Part shown: positions 51,568 to 63,891 of the stretch, piece by piece
Layout: each line of letters starts with the position of its first letter
How positions within the stretch are numbered: the stretch's first letter is position 1
Source of the DNA: Marsupella aquatica
Lineage: Eukaryota > Plantae > Marchantiophyta
Assembly (NCBI GenBank): GCA_973895155.1
Contig: OZ316896.1
Span: forward strand, 17,100,754 to 17,164,753
DNA length: 64,000 bases
Direction of reading: 5' to 3'
The notes under the pieces: model-generated
The model's database searches: none
Told to the model about the DNA's origin: nothing
Seen by the model: only the letters and a program-made list of their open reading frames with translations
Made by a program: the position numbers and the translations under genes

Positions 51568-51868
51568 GGGCGTCTCAACCCTACACATTCTCGGGCTCCT
51601 TCCGGTCACCCTAATACCTCCGACCTCCGCCCGACAATGAACACCGGGAACAAAATTTGGGTGCTCCATTAATGAGGCTCTTAACTTTGACTCAAACCAA
51701 AACTGCATCAGTCCGTAACAGACATAGTGTACGTCCGGGTGATTGAAAATCCCGGTGAGAAAGTTGTGGTTGCCAAATCGGTGGGCCGACCACCTGATGC
51801 GGGTGACCCAGATCAGGGACGTACTGGGTGTCCATCGGGAATGAAAGAGGAGTATATTTGAGACGCCC
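51568..51868. mobile_element. 301-bp MITE with perfect 11-bp TIRs (GGGCGTCTCAA) and a TATTA duplication
   Basis: TIRs at 51568-51578 and 51858-51868, TATTA at 51563-51567 and 51869-51873. It sits inside one copy of a ~50-bp tandem repeat whose other copies (51888-51985) show the empty site. Confidence 0.8.
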
Positions 51869-52161
51869 TATTACACTTCCACCAGTTAGGAGGTGACTGC
51901 ATTTTTCTCTCATGCACTATTACATTTCCACTAGTCAGGAGGTGAATGTATTTTTCTCTCATGCCCTATTACACTTCCACCAGTCAGTTTTAGGGCCCAA
52001 AAAAGGGTAGGGCCTGTTACATGCGAGTTGGTCCTAAGAGTGGGTCGGTGATAGAAATGCAATACTATGGGTCTGGTCTGCAGTGTAGCTCCAACTCCTG
52101 AACAGGGGAAGTGCTCATGGTGGACGGGGAAGGACGGGTGACACTTTGAGAATTGGTGAAT

Positions 52162-52850
52162 TTACCATAGTCCAGCCCAAGTGCAGTGGTCAAACAACAT
52201 GTCACTGAACGCGTTTCCAAATGTGCATTTACCGGCCCAAATTTGGGAACGATGGTGGCGGACCCAATCCCAATCCCAATCCCAATGGAGGTAGATTCTA
52301 AGGCGATGCCATGATTTCAGATTTATACCATGGGCTTTCAATGTGTATGCTCGATGAAATGTGAGCTCCTGTCCTTCAAGATATGCCAGCAAACGATGGC
52401 TCGCTGACAGAGTGTGCCATAATTTCTCCGGTATGTCCCAAAGAGGAGCCCCAATGAAAAGGAGCCCCAATGAAAATGTGTGCCGGTTGAAGGTGGATTG
52501 TGTTGCTGCTAGTGGAGGCCGCTCGCTGTAGGATGGACTTGTACCGAAAGCCAGACCGAAGATGAACTGGGGAAGTTCCAGATTCAGTGAGTCATGTACT
52601 CCTGCTGGGGCAATTCTAGATACAGCGAATCAGGTCCTCCTGCTTCACTCCATCTACTGACCAGGTAAGGGGGTGTCGATCGGTGGTAGCGTCGGCAGTC
52701 TCCAGTGTTGAGTGGATAGAATCCCGTAGAAAGCTGCCAGAAAAGCAATTTTTGATTGCTGCTCGGAAAGGTTTTCACGTAGTGAACCGAAACCTCTTTC
52801 AGATAAAGTGATGTACATGTATAGACCAATTTTATGGGCATTATGTTGAC
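52162..52850 (-). pseudogene. Possible degenerate non-LTR (LINE) ORF2 C-terminal relic
   Basis: Trp-rich broken ORFs. KLLFWQLSTGFYPL loosely resembles the KxFxWxLxxGxLP motif that precedes zf-RVT. Confidence 0.3.
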
Positions 52851-53669
52851 TACGTGCTCATCGACAGACGCATATATAGACTAGTATTTGTGCTCGATCT
52901 CAAAATTGAATTGGAACAGCAGTTGTTCAGAGCCCATTAGGTACCAAAACTAACTTATTAATCATGCATGTTTTCAGTCTGTTTCTCTCGTGGGATTGAA
53001 TTGCTAGCTTGGGCTCTTCTGATTGTCTTCTACTTGCCTACTAAGCCAAATTCTGCCACGCATGTCCACAAGTTGTTTTGTCACCTCCTTACCATCCGCT
53101 CGCACGCTTCTCGATAGTTGATGTGACCGGGCCCTATCCCAAAGCGATACTCGAATGCCACCTAGCTTATGGATTGACTATCAATGACATCGACGTAAAA
53201 GCTCAGGGTCGAGACTCGTGGACCGACTGAGAGAATTCTTCTTAGGAGTCGATTCCTGTGTCAGCAATGGCTAGTGAACCAATGAGCCTATCGACCAAAT
53301 GTGCTGCTGCAGTGAGGCGCTGTGAATAAAGAATTTGTGACCTAGGCTATTGAAACGGAATTTCGGTCACAATCTGGACAGAAATGCTGTAGATTGTAAT
53401 CTATAGCATTCAACCAATTCTGAACGGTGGTTCGTTCTTGAACAGTCATCTCCCAAGAGACGGCAAGTGGTGATTCAATTCATAATTTTTACTGGCAAGA
53501 TCAACTACCGTACTAGAAGAAAGCTATCGATCCGAGGTGAGCAGGATTGATCGAATTAATTGCAGACTGATCATGTAGCTATCTGATGGATGGATGGATC
53601 GAGTGTGTGTAGCCGAATGTCAAAAGTGCTCTCGGAACAAGTGTCAAGACCGAGATAAACCTACTCCTT

Positions 53670-54600
53670 GCCATGCATGGAGGCAAGGACTCATAATTCA
53701 GAAACGTGGCAAAACAAGTTGCATGCAAAGCTCACCTCCGTACTGATCATGACTACGAAAAAGCCTAGTGAACACTCGCTCCATACAGCCAGATGGCTAC
53801 TCGGATAAGCTGTGCGTCAGCTGATAGCGTGCTCGTTATCGCGAGCAAGCTAACTTTTTAGGCAAGAAAAATGGGAAAGCATTGGAAAAAATGGGAAAGC
53901 ATTGGAATGCAGCCTGTTACTGACAACTCTACCAATCATACAATTCTCGTGCCGTGACTGATCGAGCTCGACTGGAATCGTTCGGAATCAATTTTGACGG
54001 AGAATTTTGTTTATCTCGAATGGAAACTTTGTTCTTTGGCGGAGAATTAGTCAGAATGTTCAGCTAAAGCAGAATTTGGTGGCATCACAATCTCTACAGA
54101 AAGATGTAGACCAGTGACTGCTGGATTTAATTAATTGCCTGGGTCATAAACTTCTTGTCGTTATGAGCCTGCATCAGTTCTTCCAATACACCACTAGCCC
54201 AGATTCTAAGCTGTAGCTATGTTGCAGTAAGAGCATTGAAAGCATTCGGGTTCTTTCAACTTGTCGGTCTTTTCGCGTTTGGGTCTTGCACTAGCTCCAA
54301 ATCCTTCTCCAAATTAAGTACCGTGGTAAGATCGGATGCATGGCTGTAGCTAGGTTGTACAGTGTATACCCCTGTAAGTTGGATGTGCTGTGATTCTTCC
54401 AGTGGTCAGGCGTCAGCCGATTCAATCCGCTGGCAATTCTAAATGCTTTACCAAAAGGTGATACGGAGTATATCTGAAGGTACCAAAAAAGCGGCATGAT
54501 CGACTGGTATGCCTATTTTTGGCCTTTTCCACATGACGAGTGCCAAGTGTACCGGAAACTCCAATTTCTGCCACGCATGTCCACAAGCTGTTTTGTCACC
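53670..54600 (+). promoter_or_regulatory. Putative ABA/desiccation-responsive promoter of the LEA gene
   Basis: ABRE ACGTGGC at 53704-53710, flanked by RY-like CATGCA motifs. GCCACGCATG and GCCAAGTGT motifs lie ~170-230 bp upstream of the ATG. Confidence 0.4.
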
Positions 54601-54765
54601 GAGCTCGCGAAACACCACTACATAACGCGAGCTGAGCACATCTCCTCGACAGACATCAATCTTCCAAGAATTCGCGTTCATTCTACTTCTATCTAATCTT
54701 CCAAACTGCTATTCATCTACTTCCGCCAAGTTTGATCCAGTTCATCAGTTACCACACCGGCAAAC

Positions 54766-55389
54766 ATGTCAACATGGGACTCAACCAAGGACACCGTCGG
54801 TCAGAAGACCGAGGAGACGAAGGGAGGAGCTCAGAACCTCGGAGGTCAGGCCAAGGACTGGACTGCTGACAAGGCTGGACAAACTCAGGATGCTGCTGCC
54901 TCGACCGGAGACACCGCCAAGGCCAAAGCTGGAGACGCTGCATCAACCACCCAGGGAAAAGTTGACGAGACCAAGCAGGGCGCTGCCGACAACACCGCCG
55001 CCTCTAAGTCCAAACTGGAGGAGGTCAAGGACAAGACCGGTCAAAAGTTCCAGGAGGTGAGTAGTAGTCCATTGAAGCTGCTTGTAACCGGATTGAATCA
55101 GCTAAATGACTATGCAATTTCTTTTGGTTTTGAGAACCCGGATTTAATCAAATGAATAAGCCTGGCCGTCATTTCTTTAAGTTTGCCAACATTCTTGCAT
55201 GCATACGGAAGTTACATCAGTTATGACCTATGTACTTTGGGGTCTCGCATAGAGTGGTGACTGGTGACCACATCAATCGTTGTTGAAAACTGTCCGAAAT
55301 ATTATAATTTTGCATGTGCTGGAGCTTCAACGAAACTGAAATCGGATTGTTTCTGTTAACAGGCCAAAGCCAAGATGACCGGGAAGTAA
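54766..55389 (+). CDS. Late embryogenesis abundant protein, group 3 (LEA_4-like), 105 aa
   Basis: Exon 54766-55056 carries K/D/A/T/Q/E-rich 11-mer-like repeats (TKDTVGQKTEE, AKDWTADKAGQ, VKDKTGQKFQE). A GT-AG intron precedes the terminal exon 55363-55389 (AKAKMTGK*). Confidence 0.88.
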
Positions 55390-55895
55390 ATCTTCGATCA
55401 GTTGTATAAGTTTGCACACGACTCGCAATGCTCCCGGGGATACCTGAGGAATTGCCAGTCGACATCGGGACAAGAGCTTTTGCAAGGAAGCATGCATATA
55501 GTATCATCTGCTCCAGTATAAAGCTCTCCATGTATTTTAGCTGAGCCACATGCATAGCATTCACAGCATTTTGATGTATGGGATCGAGTAGACCCATGAT
55601 ACTCTTTCTCGGGAATGATCCCCAATTGCACTAGTAGGATGAAGTTTTAAATAATTAAGGCGTTTCTTGCCTTTTGTACTGTACAAGCTTTTAATAATTA
55701 AGGCGTTTCTTGCCTTCTGTACATACTTTTTATAGTATGCAAATGTTACAATTCATCTCGTCTGATTACGATTCCCTTCAAACCCATATGCGTTTGTAAA
55801 CCAACATGCATGGGAAGTATTTGGAAACAAAGTCATGCAAATGTTCAGGGTAATATGTATGAATGCTGTGTCCTGTGGGCATGGCTGTGTCTAAT

Positions 55896-56022
55896 TTCAA
55901 AACCCATCGATCTCGTGACATCTAATGTTATCATTTTGAAGCGTTTTTGAGTATTTCGAAACCCATCGATCTCGTTACATCTAAGGTTATCATTTCGAAG
56001 CGTTTTTGAGTGTTTCGAAACT
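55896..56022. repeat. 59-bp tandem duplication
   Basis: tttc.aaacccatcgatctcgt.acatctaa.gttatcattt.gaagcgtttttgagt occurs twice. Confidence 0.85.
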
Positions 56023-57420
56023 CTTGCAGCCACTGTCTTCATGTTTGCGTCAACACATGCAGGCCAGCATGCAATGTCACAGACGTGCACAGTTTTGTTC
56101 AGAATCTTCAAGTTTCCTGGTTTCGTTAGCGGTCCCTGAATTTCTTGCATGCACTACCGTGCACAACTTTATTCGTGCTTCCTGAGCTTCCTGGTTTTGT
56201 TCGTAGTACCTGAGCTTCTCATCAGTATTGATCGAGACTGCTCTAAATTAGTCTCTACAAGTCATTCGAATTGTACATGTCCCAGTTTTGTTCATATGAA
56301 GCTTCTCCGTCTCTCACTTTGTTAGGCGAGACTTATCTTAGGAAATCGAGAGAGATTGCAATCCAATCGCACATGCCCAATTTATTCATGATCGCTAAGC
56401 TTCTCATTACATCGAGGAAGATTGCAAGGGCAGAGTATTCGAATCGCACTTTGTCCCTGTTTCGTCCAAGCCAGACTTTCTGCTACGGTAGATGAGCTCA
56501 CTTTGTGCCATCAAAGTTCACTTCCCCTGGAGCTGGTGCCTCTTCTGTGCCTCTGACACTGTTGAATCTACAGAAAATCCACCTTGTAAGTTTAACCGTT
56601 GTTTCGACCCTGGCAGAAATCATATCCGATAGACATTAAATTCTTAAAAATGAAGCTTCAATCTTTGCCACACAATAAAATGCGTGAGATAGAACTTGGG
56701 AGGAAAATTAAAGGGCATAAGTGCTATTAGAACATTGAAGGAAACAAACGTAGGTAATCAGTCTTACTATGAATAGTGTTCATCGATATGATCTTCATCG
56801 AAAACTCTTCGATTCACACCTTCTCCATTTTCAGGACTGCCTTGACTGAAGTAACTGGCACCAAACTGAAGTAATTGGCAACATTAATTTGGCGTTTGGA
56901 AGGGAAAAGGTACGTAAGACCTAAGCAATACACTATCTTTTCAAAGACGCCTTGTGTGGAGTGAGTCCTCAATGTTCTCTAAACTCTCTGAGAATCAATG
57001 CAGACGCAAATACAGAACAAAAAATACTCATAGCTGAGATGCTAGTGGATACAATTTGACAGCATACTACAAACCTTGCCGTAAGTTGTAAAGACGAGCA
57101 ACTGCGTAGAAATTCCTCAACTGTACAAACTGCTGCATCAGCAAGGAAAAATCAACACTACGCGACATTTCTGCCAACTACGACCGTAGTGTGACCAAAA
57201 TGGGGACAAAAACAAAATCGCCACGAGGGCCAACAACCAATTTGATGAATCTGCTATGGTCATGAATACAATACCAATCTGCCTGTTGGCCTTCGATACT
57301 ATGTACGGCATCCCTGCATATCATGATAATCCTAGTTTTTTTCTTTCAATCAATGAATGCAGCCACATTTTGATGTGTGATTACCAGCAGGGTTGGCCTT
57401 GTGGCGATTTTGTTTTTTTT

Positions 57421-57558
57421 CCAGATGCCCATCAAGTTGTTGTGGGTGTCTTAAAAGTTTTCTTAATACTACTGATGAACAATCGTTCAGATTTTCCAGT
57501 GTTTGTCAGTAGTATTAAGACAACTTTTACACACCCACAACAACTTTATGGCATCTGG
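57421..57558 (+). ncRNA. Pre-miRNA-like imperfect hairpin (candidate only)
   Basis: Arms 57421-57481 and 57500-57558 pair over ~60 bp with few mismatches or bulges and two G:U pairs on the plus strand. The loop is 18 nt. Confidence 0.35.
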
Positions 57559-59067
57559 ATTCATGACTTGAATCAGAATAACAGTAACAGCACTGAAGAG
57601 TTTATGACTTTATGGGGAGGACACAAACAGCCCATGTTCTTCATCCAAAACCTTGACAAGTCTCTGTATGGCAATTTGTTCACCAGTTAAGAGCCTGTCC
57701 TAAAGCGCCTGTCCATAAAGAGTATGTCTACCAGTTTGGTGAAAGATGCTCTCCCTAATCAATAGAAATACATGTGTGTGTAAGGGCATTGAGATGGCAT
57801 GGCTATGTTGCTAGCTACAGTCCAAATCCCAATTGAAAAGTCCCCCAGCTGACCTCCATTTCTCAAATCTTGCAATCATGGCACCAAATGTGGTATTGTA
57901 CATTAAATGAATCTGAATGTTTTTATAAACTTATGAGTGTTCTATGATTTCTATGAATGAATGAGGGACCCAGCAGGGAGCCCACCCAAATACAGGACCC
58001 ACTGGGTAACGCGGGAGGTAAGGAAAACCAAAACAACTACAAAACGGTAGTCACAAGAAGGAGCCACAAGAAGGCATCAGTATAGGAGGCTAGGGAGGGT
58101 ACAGGCTCCAGGAGATCAAGGTAAACCCAATATGTACAAAAGAGAACACTTGTGGAGGTCCCTGAGAGTGGAGCCAAACTAAAGATAGTACCATCAATAA
58201 TGCAGAGAACTTGGTAGCCTAAAGTAGATGGAAATCATTTTATCTCCACCATCCTCCCTTGCACCAAATTGCACATACTGATATAACACAATGGCGAGAG
58301 GAATAACTGTACAATTTTGCCTACCACAATAGTACACAAGATAGAGGTTTCTGTAAAGTGGTTATAAGAGGGTGAGTTGTGGGTCACTTTTTGACTTGCA
58401 TTCAGGGTGACTTAAGGTTTGAATTTGGAGTGGGTCTCCCAAAATGCTTGTGGAGAGTGTAGTTCTGGCCAAAGTTTAGGCCACCTCTTGAGAGATATCT
58501 TGACATAATAAAGGACACCTTGGTATCTTTTCATTCTGGCAGTACATTATTACATGCACTAGTACCTTACCACCGTTTTGGTAAGGGAGGAGGCACTCTA
58601 AATGGAACTGTGAATCAGGTATGGTAAAACACAAGTGACGAGTCAATTTTTTTGCTCTTGTTTGTAAAACCCCCCTCGGGAGTGAAGGATGTTGAAGTGA
58701 CAGAGGGTGGGTCACAGAATATAGCAACGGACACTTCTCGTTCTGCAATACATTACTAAATGCACTACCTGATCACTTGGTAATAAAGGAGGCGCTCTAA
58801 ATGGAACTGGATTAGGTGCGGTAAAATACAAGTCAATTTTTGTCCTCTCATTTGTATAAAGCCCCCTTCTCCTTCTCAATGCTCTTCATGATTTTCCCTT
58901 TGTAATTACCAGACATTAGTAGAAGAATTCTTTATCAAGATTTGGATCAACAATCAATAAGATTCTCCTCTGTTTTACTAAATGAGTAAAATTAAAAATC
59001 TCTTAGGCCTTTAAGTGCATTAAGTCAGTGCCCTTTTAAAGAGGACTTCACCATATATATACTTATA

Positions 59068-59859
59068 CCACCGTTTTACTGTCCTGTCCCCCAAACTGAG
59101 CTAAATTATTAACCTATCCCCAAAATTATTTTAATTGCTAGGTTGCCCCCCATTCTGTATATATGAGTTACTTTAACTGTTTTAGTTAACCCCAATTGAT
59201 TTATCAATTGGTGGACTTACACATGGCAAGGCACTTTTGGCACCGCCTTACTCTGGCCGAGTTTACCCTCACCCGGATGACTCTTTCCCATTTTTTGAAC
59301 GAGCCCTACATGGAACAGGGCTGGCCTGTTCCCCTCTTGAGTTTCAATCCCAATGACCCAGCTCAAATCAGGCGATAGGCCCAAATGTGGGTTTGTTTAC
59401 ACATGAAAAATATGTATACTTTTTGGCCTCTTTCCAGGAAAATGGGAATAGGGTGGATCAACGGGACCCAAGGATCATCAGGCCCCTATGGAGTGTGGGA
59501 CCCTGTTTTTTAAGGGAAATTGCAGCACCCAGCCAGCCAGGTCGCCAGGGTTGGGATTGAAACTTGTGAGGGGGAGGGGTCAGCCTTGTTCAGTGCAGGG
59601 CTCGTTCAAAAAAATGGGAAAGAGCTAGTCGGGTCGAGGGTAAACTCGGCCAGGGTAAGGGGAGCCAATACCGCCTCGCCACATGTTAGCCCACCAATGA
59701 GAAATCACCTAAAACTATTAATGTAACCCATATATACAATATGGGGGGCAACCTACCAATTAAAATAATTTTAGGGGTAGGTTTGTAATTTAGCAATAAT
59801 TTTTTGGGGGGTAGGTTTGTGATTTAGCTCAGTTTGGGGGAGAGGATAGTAAAAGCTGA
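59068..59859. mobile_element. Foldback / long-TIR non-autonomous DNA transposon (Mutator- or hAT-like)
   Basis: ~300-bp inverted arms (59068-~59365 versus ~59530-59859), e.g. tttcccattttttgaacgagccct / agggctcgttcaaaaaaatgggaaa. Imperfect 8-9-bp TSD (a)tacttata / (a)tacatata. Confidence 0.8.
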
Positions 59860-60045
59860 TACATATAAAGCCCCCCTCAGGAGTGAAGTAAAGGATGTTC
59901 TAGTAAGGGTGGGTCACAGAAGATAGCAACGGTCAGATTCGAGTAATCTCATGTCAAATACTGCAGAGCTTACAGTAGAAGATGTCTCCAGTACACATCT
60001 GGTCATTTGGTGAGCTCCTTCACGATTTCAGGCTTTTCAGCACAA

Positions 60046-60242
60046 TCAATTGATTCTGTGATTGAAAGTGCTTTGTTTTCTTTGTACATTGAGAATCTTT
60101 TCAGACAAAGCGATGGTCCTGAATTGTATATTGACTATGCTTGACATCAATTGATTCCTTGATTGAAAATATTTTGTTTCCTTTGTCCGTTGAGCATCTT
60201 TTCAGAGATGGTTCTGAATTGTCTATTGACTCTGCTTCACAT
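60046..60242. repeat. ~100-bp tandem duplication
   Basis: atcaattgattc...cttttcaga...gatgg..ctgaattgt.tattgact.tgctt occurs twice. Confidence 0.8.
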
Positions 60243-60722
60243 TTAGATCGCTCACGCTTTTGTTCGGAGCTATTATTCCTCCACCCTTAATTGAATCAAT
60301 CCAAACAATGCGAAGGGAAACGCACGACAACAAAGCAACGAATCTGCCCATCTCGGCCGCTGCTCTCTCTCAGGTCACCTCTCCTCAAATTAGTTGTGTG
60401 ATCTATCAACAATTGATCTCACTCTCATTTGAATCGAATTGAGTTTATTTTTTGAACGAAAAGCATTCTTGTTTACAGTGATGTCTAGAAGTGTGCGACG
60501 CTGCCACATGACTGTGCCTGCCAACGTTTGATCACAAGCTCCTTGCGATCCGCAGTGTTCACTAGACGGAGTTTCGAGACGGAATTGTTGGACTAAAACT
60601 TGCTACCTTTACACAGACAGAAGTGCGGCTAACCTTTGCAGAGGATAGGGTAGGGAAATTTTGGAGCCAAACAAGGTGCGTGGGTGGGTTGAGGGTGCGC
60701 GAGTCCCCACTTTTGCTCTGAA

Positions 60723-63700
60723 ATGGCGACATTTACGATGGTCTCGGCTCCAGAGAGGATGGGTTCAATTGGACGTTTGCACGCATCACCTAAATCAATC
60801 CGAAACAGCAGACTGGCTGGCCACTCGGTTTCCTTCGCACCCAGGTAGCAAATAAACACACTGTGCTCTGAGCAATAATTGTTGGAATGACCTTCACTTT
60901 TTGGCTCTGATTTTGGTTATTATAGAGTCATAGCTTCAAATGGTCTTGCGGGGGTTTTGGAATGCGTAATGAATGTGAAATTGTGATAATTATGCAGGTG
61001 TCAGGTACATTTTAAATATCAAGTGGAGACGTCACTTTATAAGTCTGAGCTTGAAGCAGCCATTGAAGTAGTGGAGAGGGCCTGCAGACTCTGCATCTCG
61101 GTACGTGCCATTGATCGCTCCCATAGAAACTGTAGATAAGTTAGGTTAAATTCATTAATTATGCCTATGTTGATTTCTCTATCCACACTGACTTTTGCTT
61201 CTCCTACCTTTATTCAGATCCATTCTCAGATTCATGGTAAGTATGCGTGAATTTAACGCTGGTCTCGGATTTCTTGCGTACCGCTAAGACTGCGAACTCC
61301 GCTGCGAACAAATAAAGATGAGTCCGAGTGGTAAGAGTTGTACAATCAGAAAGCTGAATGTTTGTTAATGGGTGTTTTTTTTCAGGTACAGGAAGGACTG
61401 AAACCAGACGAGGAAAATTCCGGACCGAATATGAAATTTGAGAAGAGCGATGCCAGCCCAGTAACAATTGCGGATCTTGGTGTACAAGCACTTGTGAGCT
61501 TGGGTCTGGTACCTTCCTTTTCCCTGCCGAATGGGTTGGTCTTACACAATTTGAGATCCTGTTGTATCGTCTGTTTATGACCCTATCTTGTAGGAAGATA
61601 ATCGGACCCCTCAGCTCGGAGCTTTAATTTATATCGGAGATTAGTTGGTCTGTAGTAGGATTTAGAAAAGAGCACCCAGTAAGTGCAGAGGTGGCTTCAT
61701 CCTCGAGCTGAATTTATCAATTTTCTTTCTGTGTTGGTGAAACGAGCGAAGGTTTACAAAATACACTGTGGTGGTGTTGAGATACAGAAATCAAACGAGA
61801 CGATTTACATCCATTTCAGCTTGCTACCATTTATTTTTATTCGACACTGAGTGCATCTATGGATGCAAGGCACTTTGGGGCCTGCTTTCTTACGCATTTG
61901 TTGGGTGTAGAGCTGGGAAACCTGTTCCCTTCTATCCCTTTGGTGGGAGAAGAAGACTCGAGACAGTTAAGGGAAGACCTAAGTAATTTTCAGAAGACGA
62001 CACACAGCAGCCAGGATCAACCTTTGGTAGAAATAGTAACCGAAGCAGTTGCAAGTGTCGCGTCTACGACACTCCAAAGCGTGACTACAGAAGGTATTCT
62101 GAATGCGCTTGACAGAGGAGTCAAAACTATCACTGAAACAGACGCAACAAGGTTCTCATATTGGGTAAGTTAGACGGTGCATATCCAACATCAGACCTGA
62201 TTGTTTTGTATTACCAGTGCTCGGCAAAGAAGGTTATATCTAGGTCCGACAATCCTTCATATTTTTTTGTCGAGCCTTGTAGGTGCAGTCACATGTACAA
62301 AAGTGTTGATGGGAAGCCTTTACTGTGGATCAATGCAGATTCTTGATCCGATTGATGGTACTCGTGGCTTCTTAAGAGGTGGAGATGCCTTGTATGTGGT
62401 ACTTTTCATGTGTCCACCAGCTTCACAATTTTCTCGCCTTGCTTCCAAATTACCCTCGGTGCTCGCACTAGTTGCTGTGCATGCATTGTATGGGAAAAAT
62501 GGTGAATGATTCAAGATTTTGGGAATGAGTAATCAAAAGTGTGAGCAGCTTCAGAATTTCATCATTTGTAGTTCATCGCTCTCAGTCTTGATTTCCAAGA
62601 CTTTAGGTAAAGTTCAGTATGTCTGAGTTCGTATATTGTTGAATTTGTGTTCAGGGCTGGGTACAAGAGACGTTGTCTGTATTGTAACTTTCCCAGTCTA
62701 ACAGAGCCTTGAGTTGGATTATCTATCATAAAGAAGCTTGAACCCATGACAGCAGCTAGTGCATCACTTTTCTGCCAGTATTGTATCGGTATCAACTACT
62801 CTTAGTTATTGCCATTGATCACAGGTGGGGCTGGCTTTGGTGGTTGATGGTGAGGTTGTATTGGGTGTGATGGGTTGCCCAAATGTCCAGTTTAAGTACA
62901 GTGACAAGTCTGCAAGTGGAGCTACTTTTTCACTGGAAATGGCAATGTCGCAACAAAGCAGGAAGGGAGTCACAGCTGAATGTTGCGAAACTGTCAAAGC
63001 ACCCACTCCTCGTGGCTTCCAATCTGGATTACTAATGGCTGCTTGCTCTGGTTGTGGATGTTGGGTGAGAATCCTCTCAAGGAATGCTGTTGTGCCTGAC
63101 CGAAAAGACTCCAGGCACGGTTATTTCAAGGATATGATCGAATCCAAGGTGGATGGAAGTAAGTCAATGAAGGATGCATTATTTTGCATATCAGACAATG
63201 AAGAATGGAGAACCCTTCCTGTGGCACAGGCACTGGCCTCAGTACCTGCTATTGAAGAGAGGTTGTCGGAGTATGACGCACAGCTTTTGTCACTCTGCTG
63301 CGGAAGGTGAGGAGCTTTGAGTGGCCCTGGAAGCATCAAGCAACTTTTATCAAGTCAAATGACAGACCAAAAGGCATTTTATCGAAAGTACAAGAAAAAT
63401 TGCTAGCTATCAGAGACACAGAATGGGTGGTCATTGAGCCAAGGATTAGCGAGTTAATGGTTTTCATGCACATAACCTTATGTCAGTGAAAGAAATTTTT
63501 TGGGACGCCCATTCACCCGCCAGTGTTCTTGACATCGCAACGATTGGTATCTTTCTCGCTGGTTCAGATGTGAATTTTGACTCTTGGCTGCTCATCTTCA
63601 CAGCCTCTGCAAGTACTTCGCTATAGCTCTTGGAGGTGCTTCTGTATTCGTACAGCATGTTCAAAATGCAGCGCAAGTAAAGGTGTATCCCAACTCACCA

Positions 63701-63891
63701 ATCTAACCAAAACTGTCTTCTTGTACACTTGCCCTTCCGTTCAAAGGAATCAAACTGTATAAAATGTTGGGCCCACTCAATGAAGCTAGTATTGTGAGTT
63801 TGGACGAGTTTCCGTTCCTGAACAATTGTTGGTGTGACAGGTATGGGACCATGCAGCTGGGGTCATCTGTGTGCTGGAAGCAGGAGGCCAG
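60723..63891 (+). CDS. Inositol monophosphatase-family 3'(2'),5'-bisphosphate nucleotidase (SAL/PAP phosphatase-like, organelle-targeted); 3' end lies outside the window
   Basis: Phase-consistent exons 60723-60844, 60998-61100, 61386-61503, 61911-62164, 62339-62398, 62825-63306, 63604-63682 and 63841-63891. Motifs KSDASPVTIAD, LVGEEDS, WILDPIDGTRGFL, LGVMGCPN, CCGSLCKY and VWDHAAG..EAGG. Confidence 0.92.

Noticed and set aside
57256-57690. 144-aa ORF across the hairpin
   Set aside because: It has no recognisable domain and runs through both arms of an inverted repeat, so it is probably incidental.
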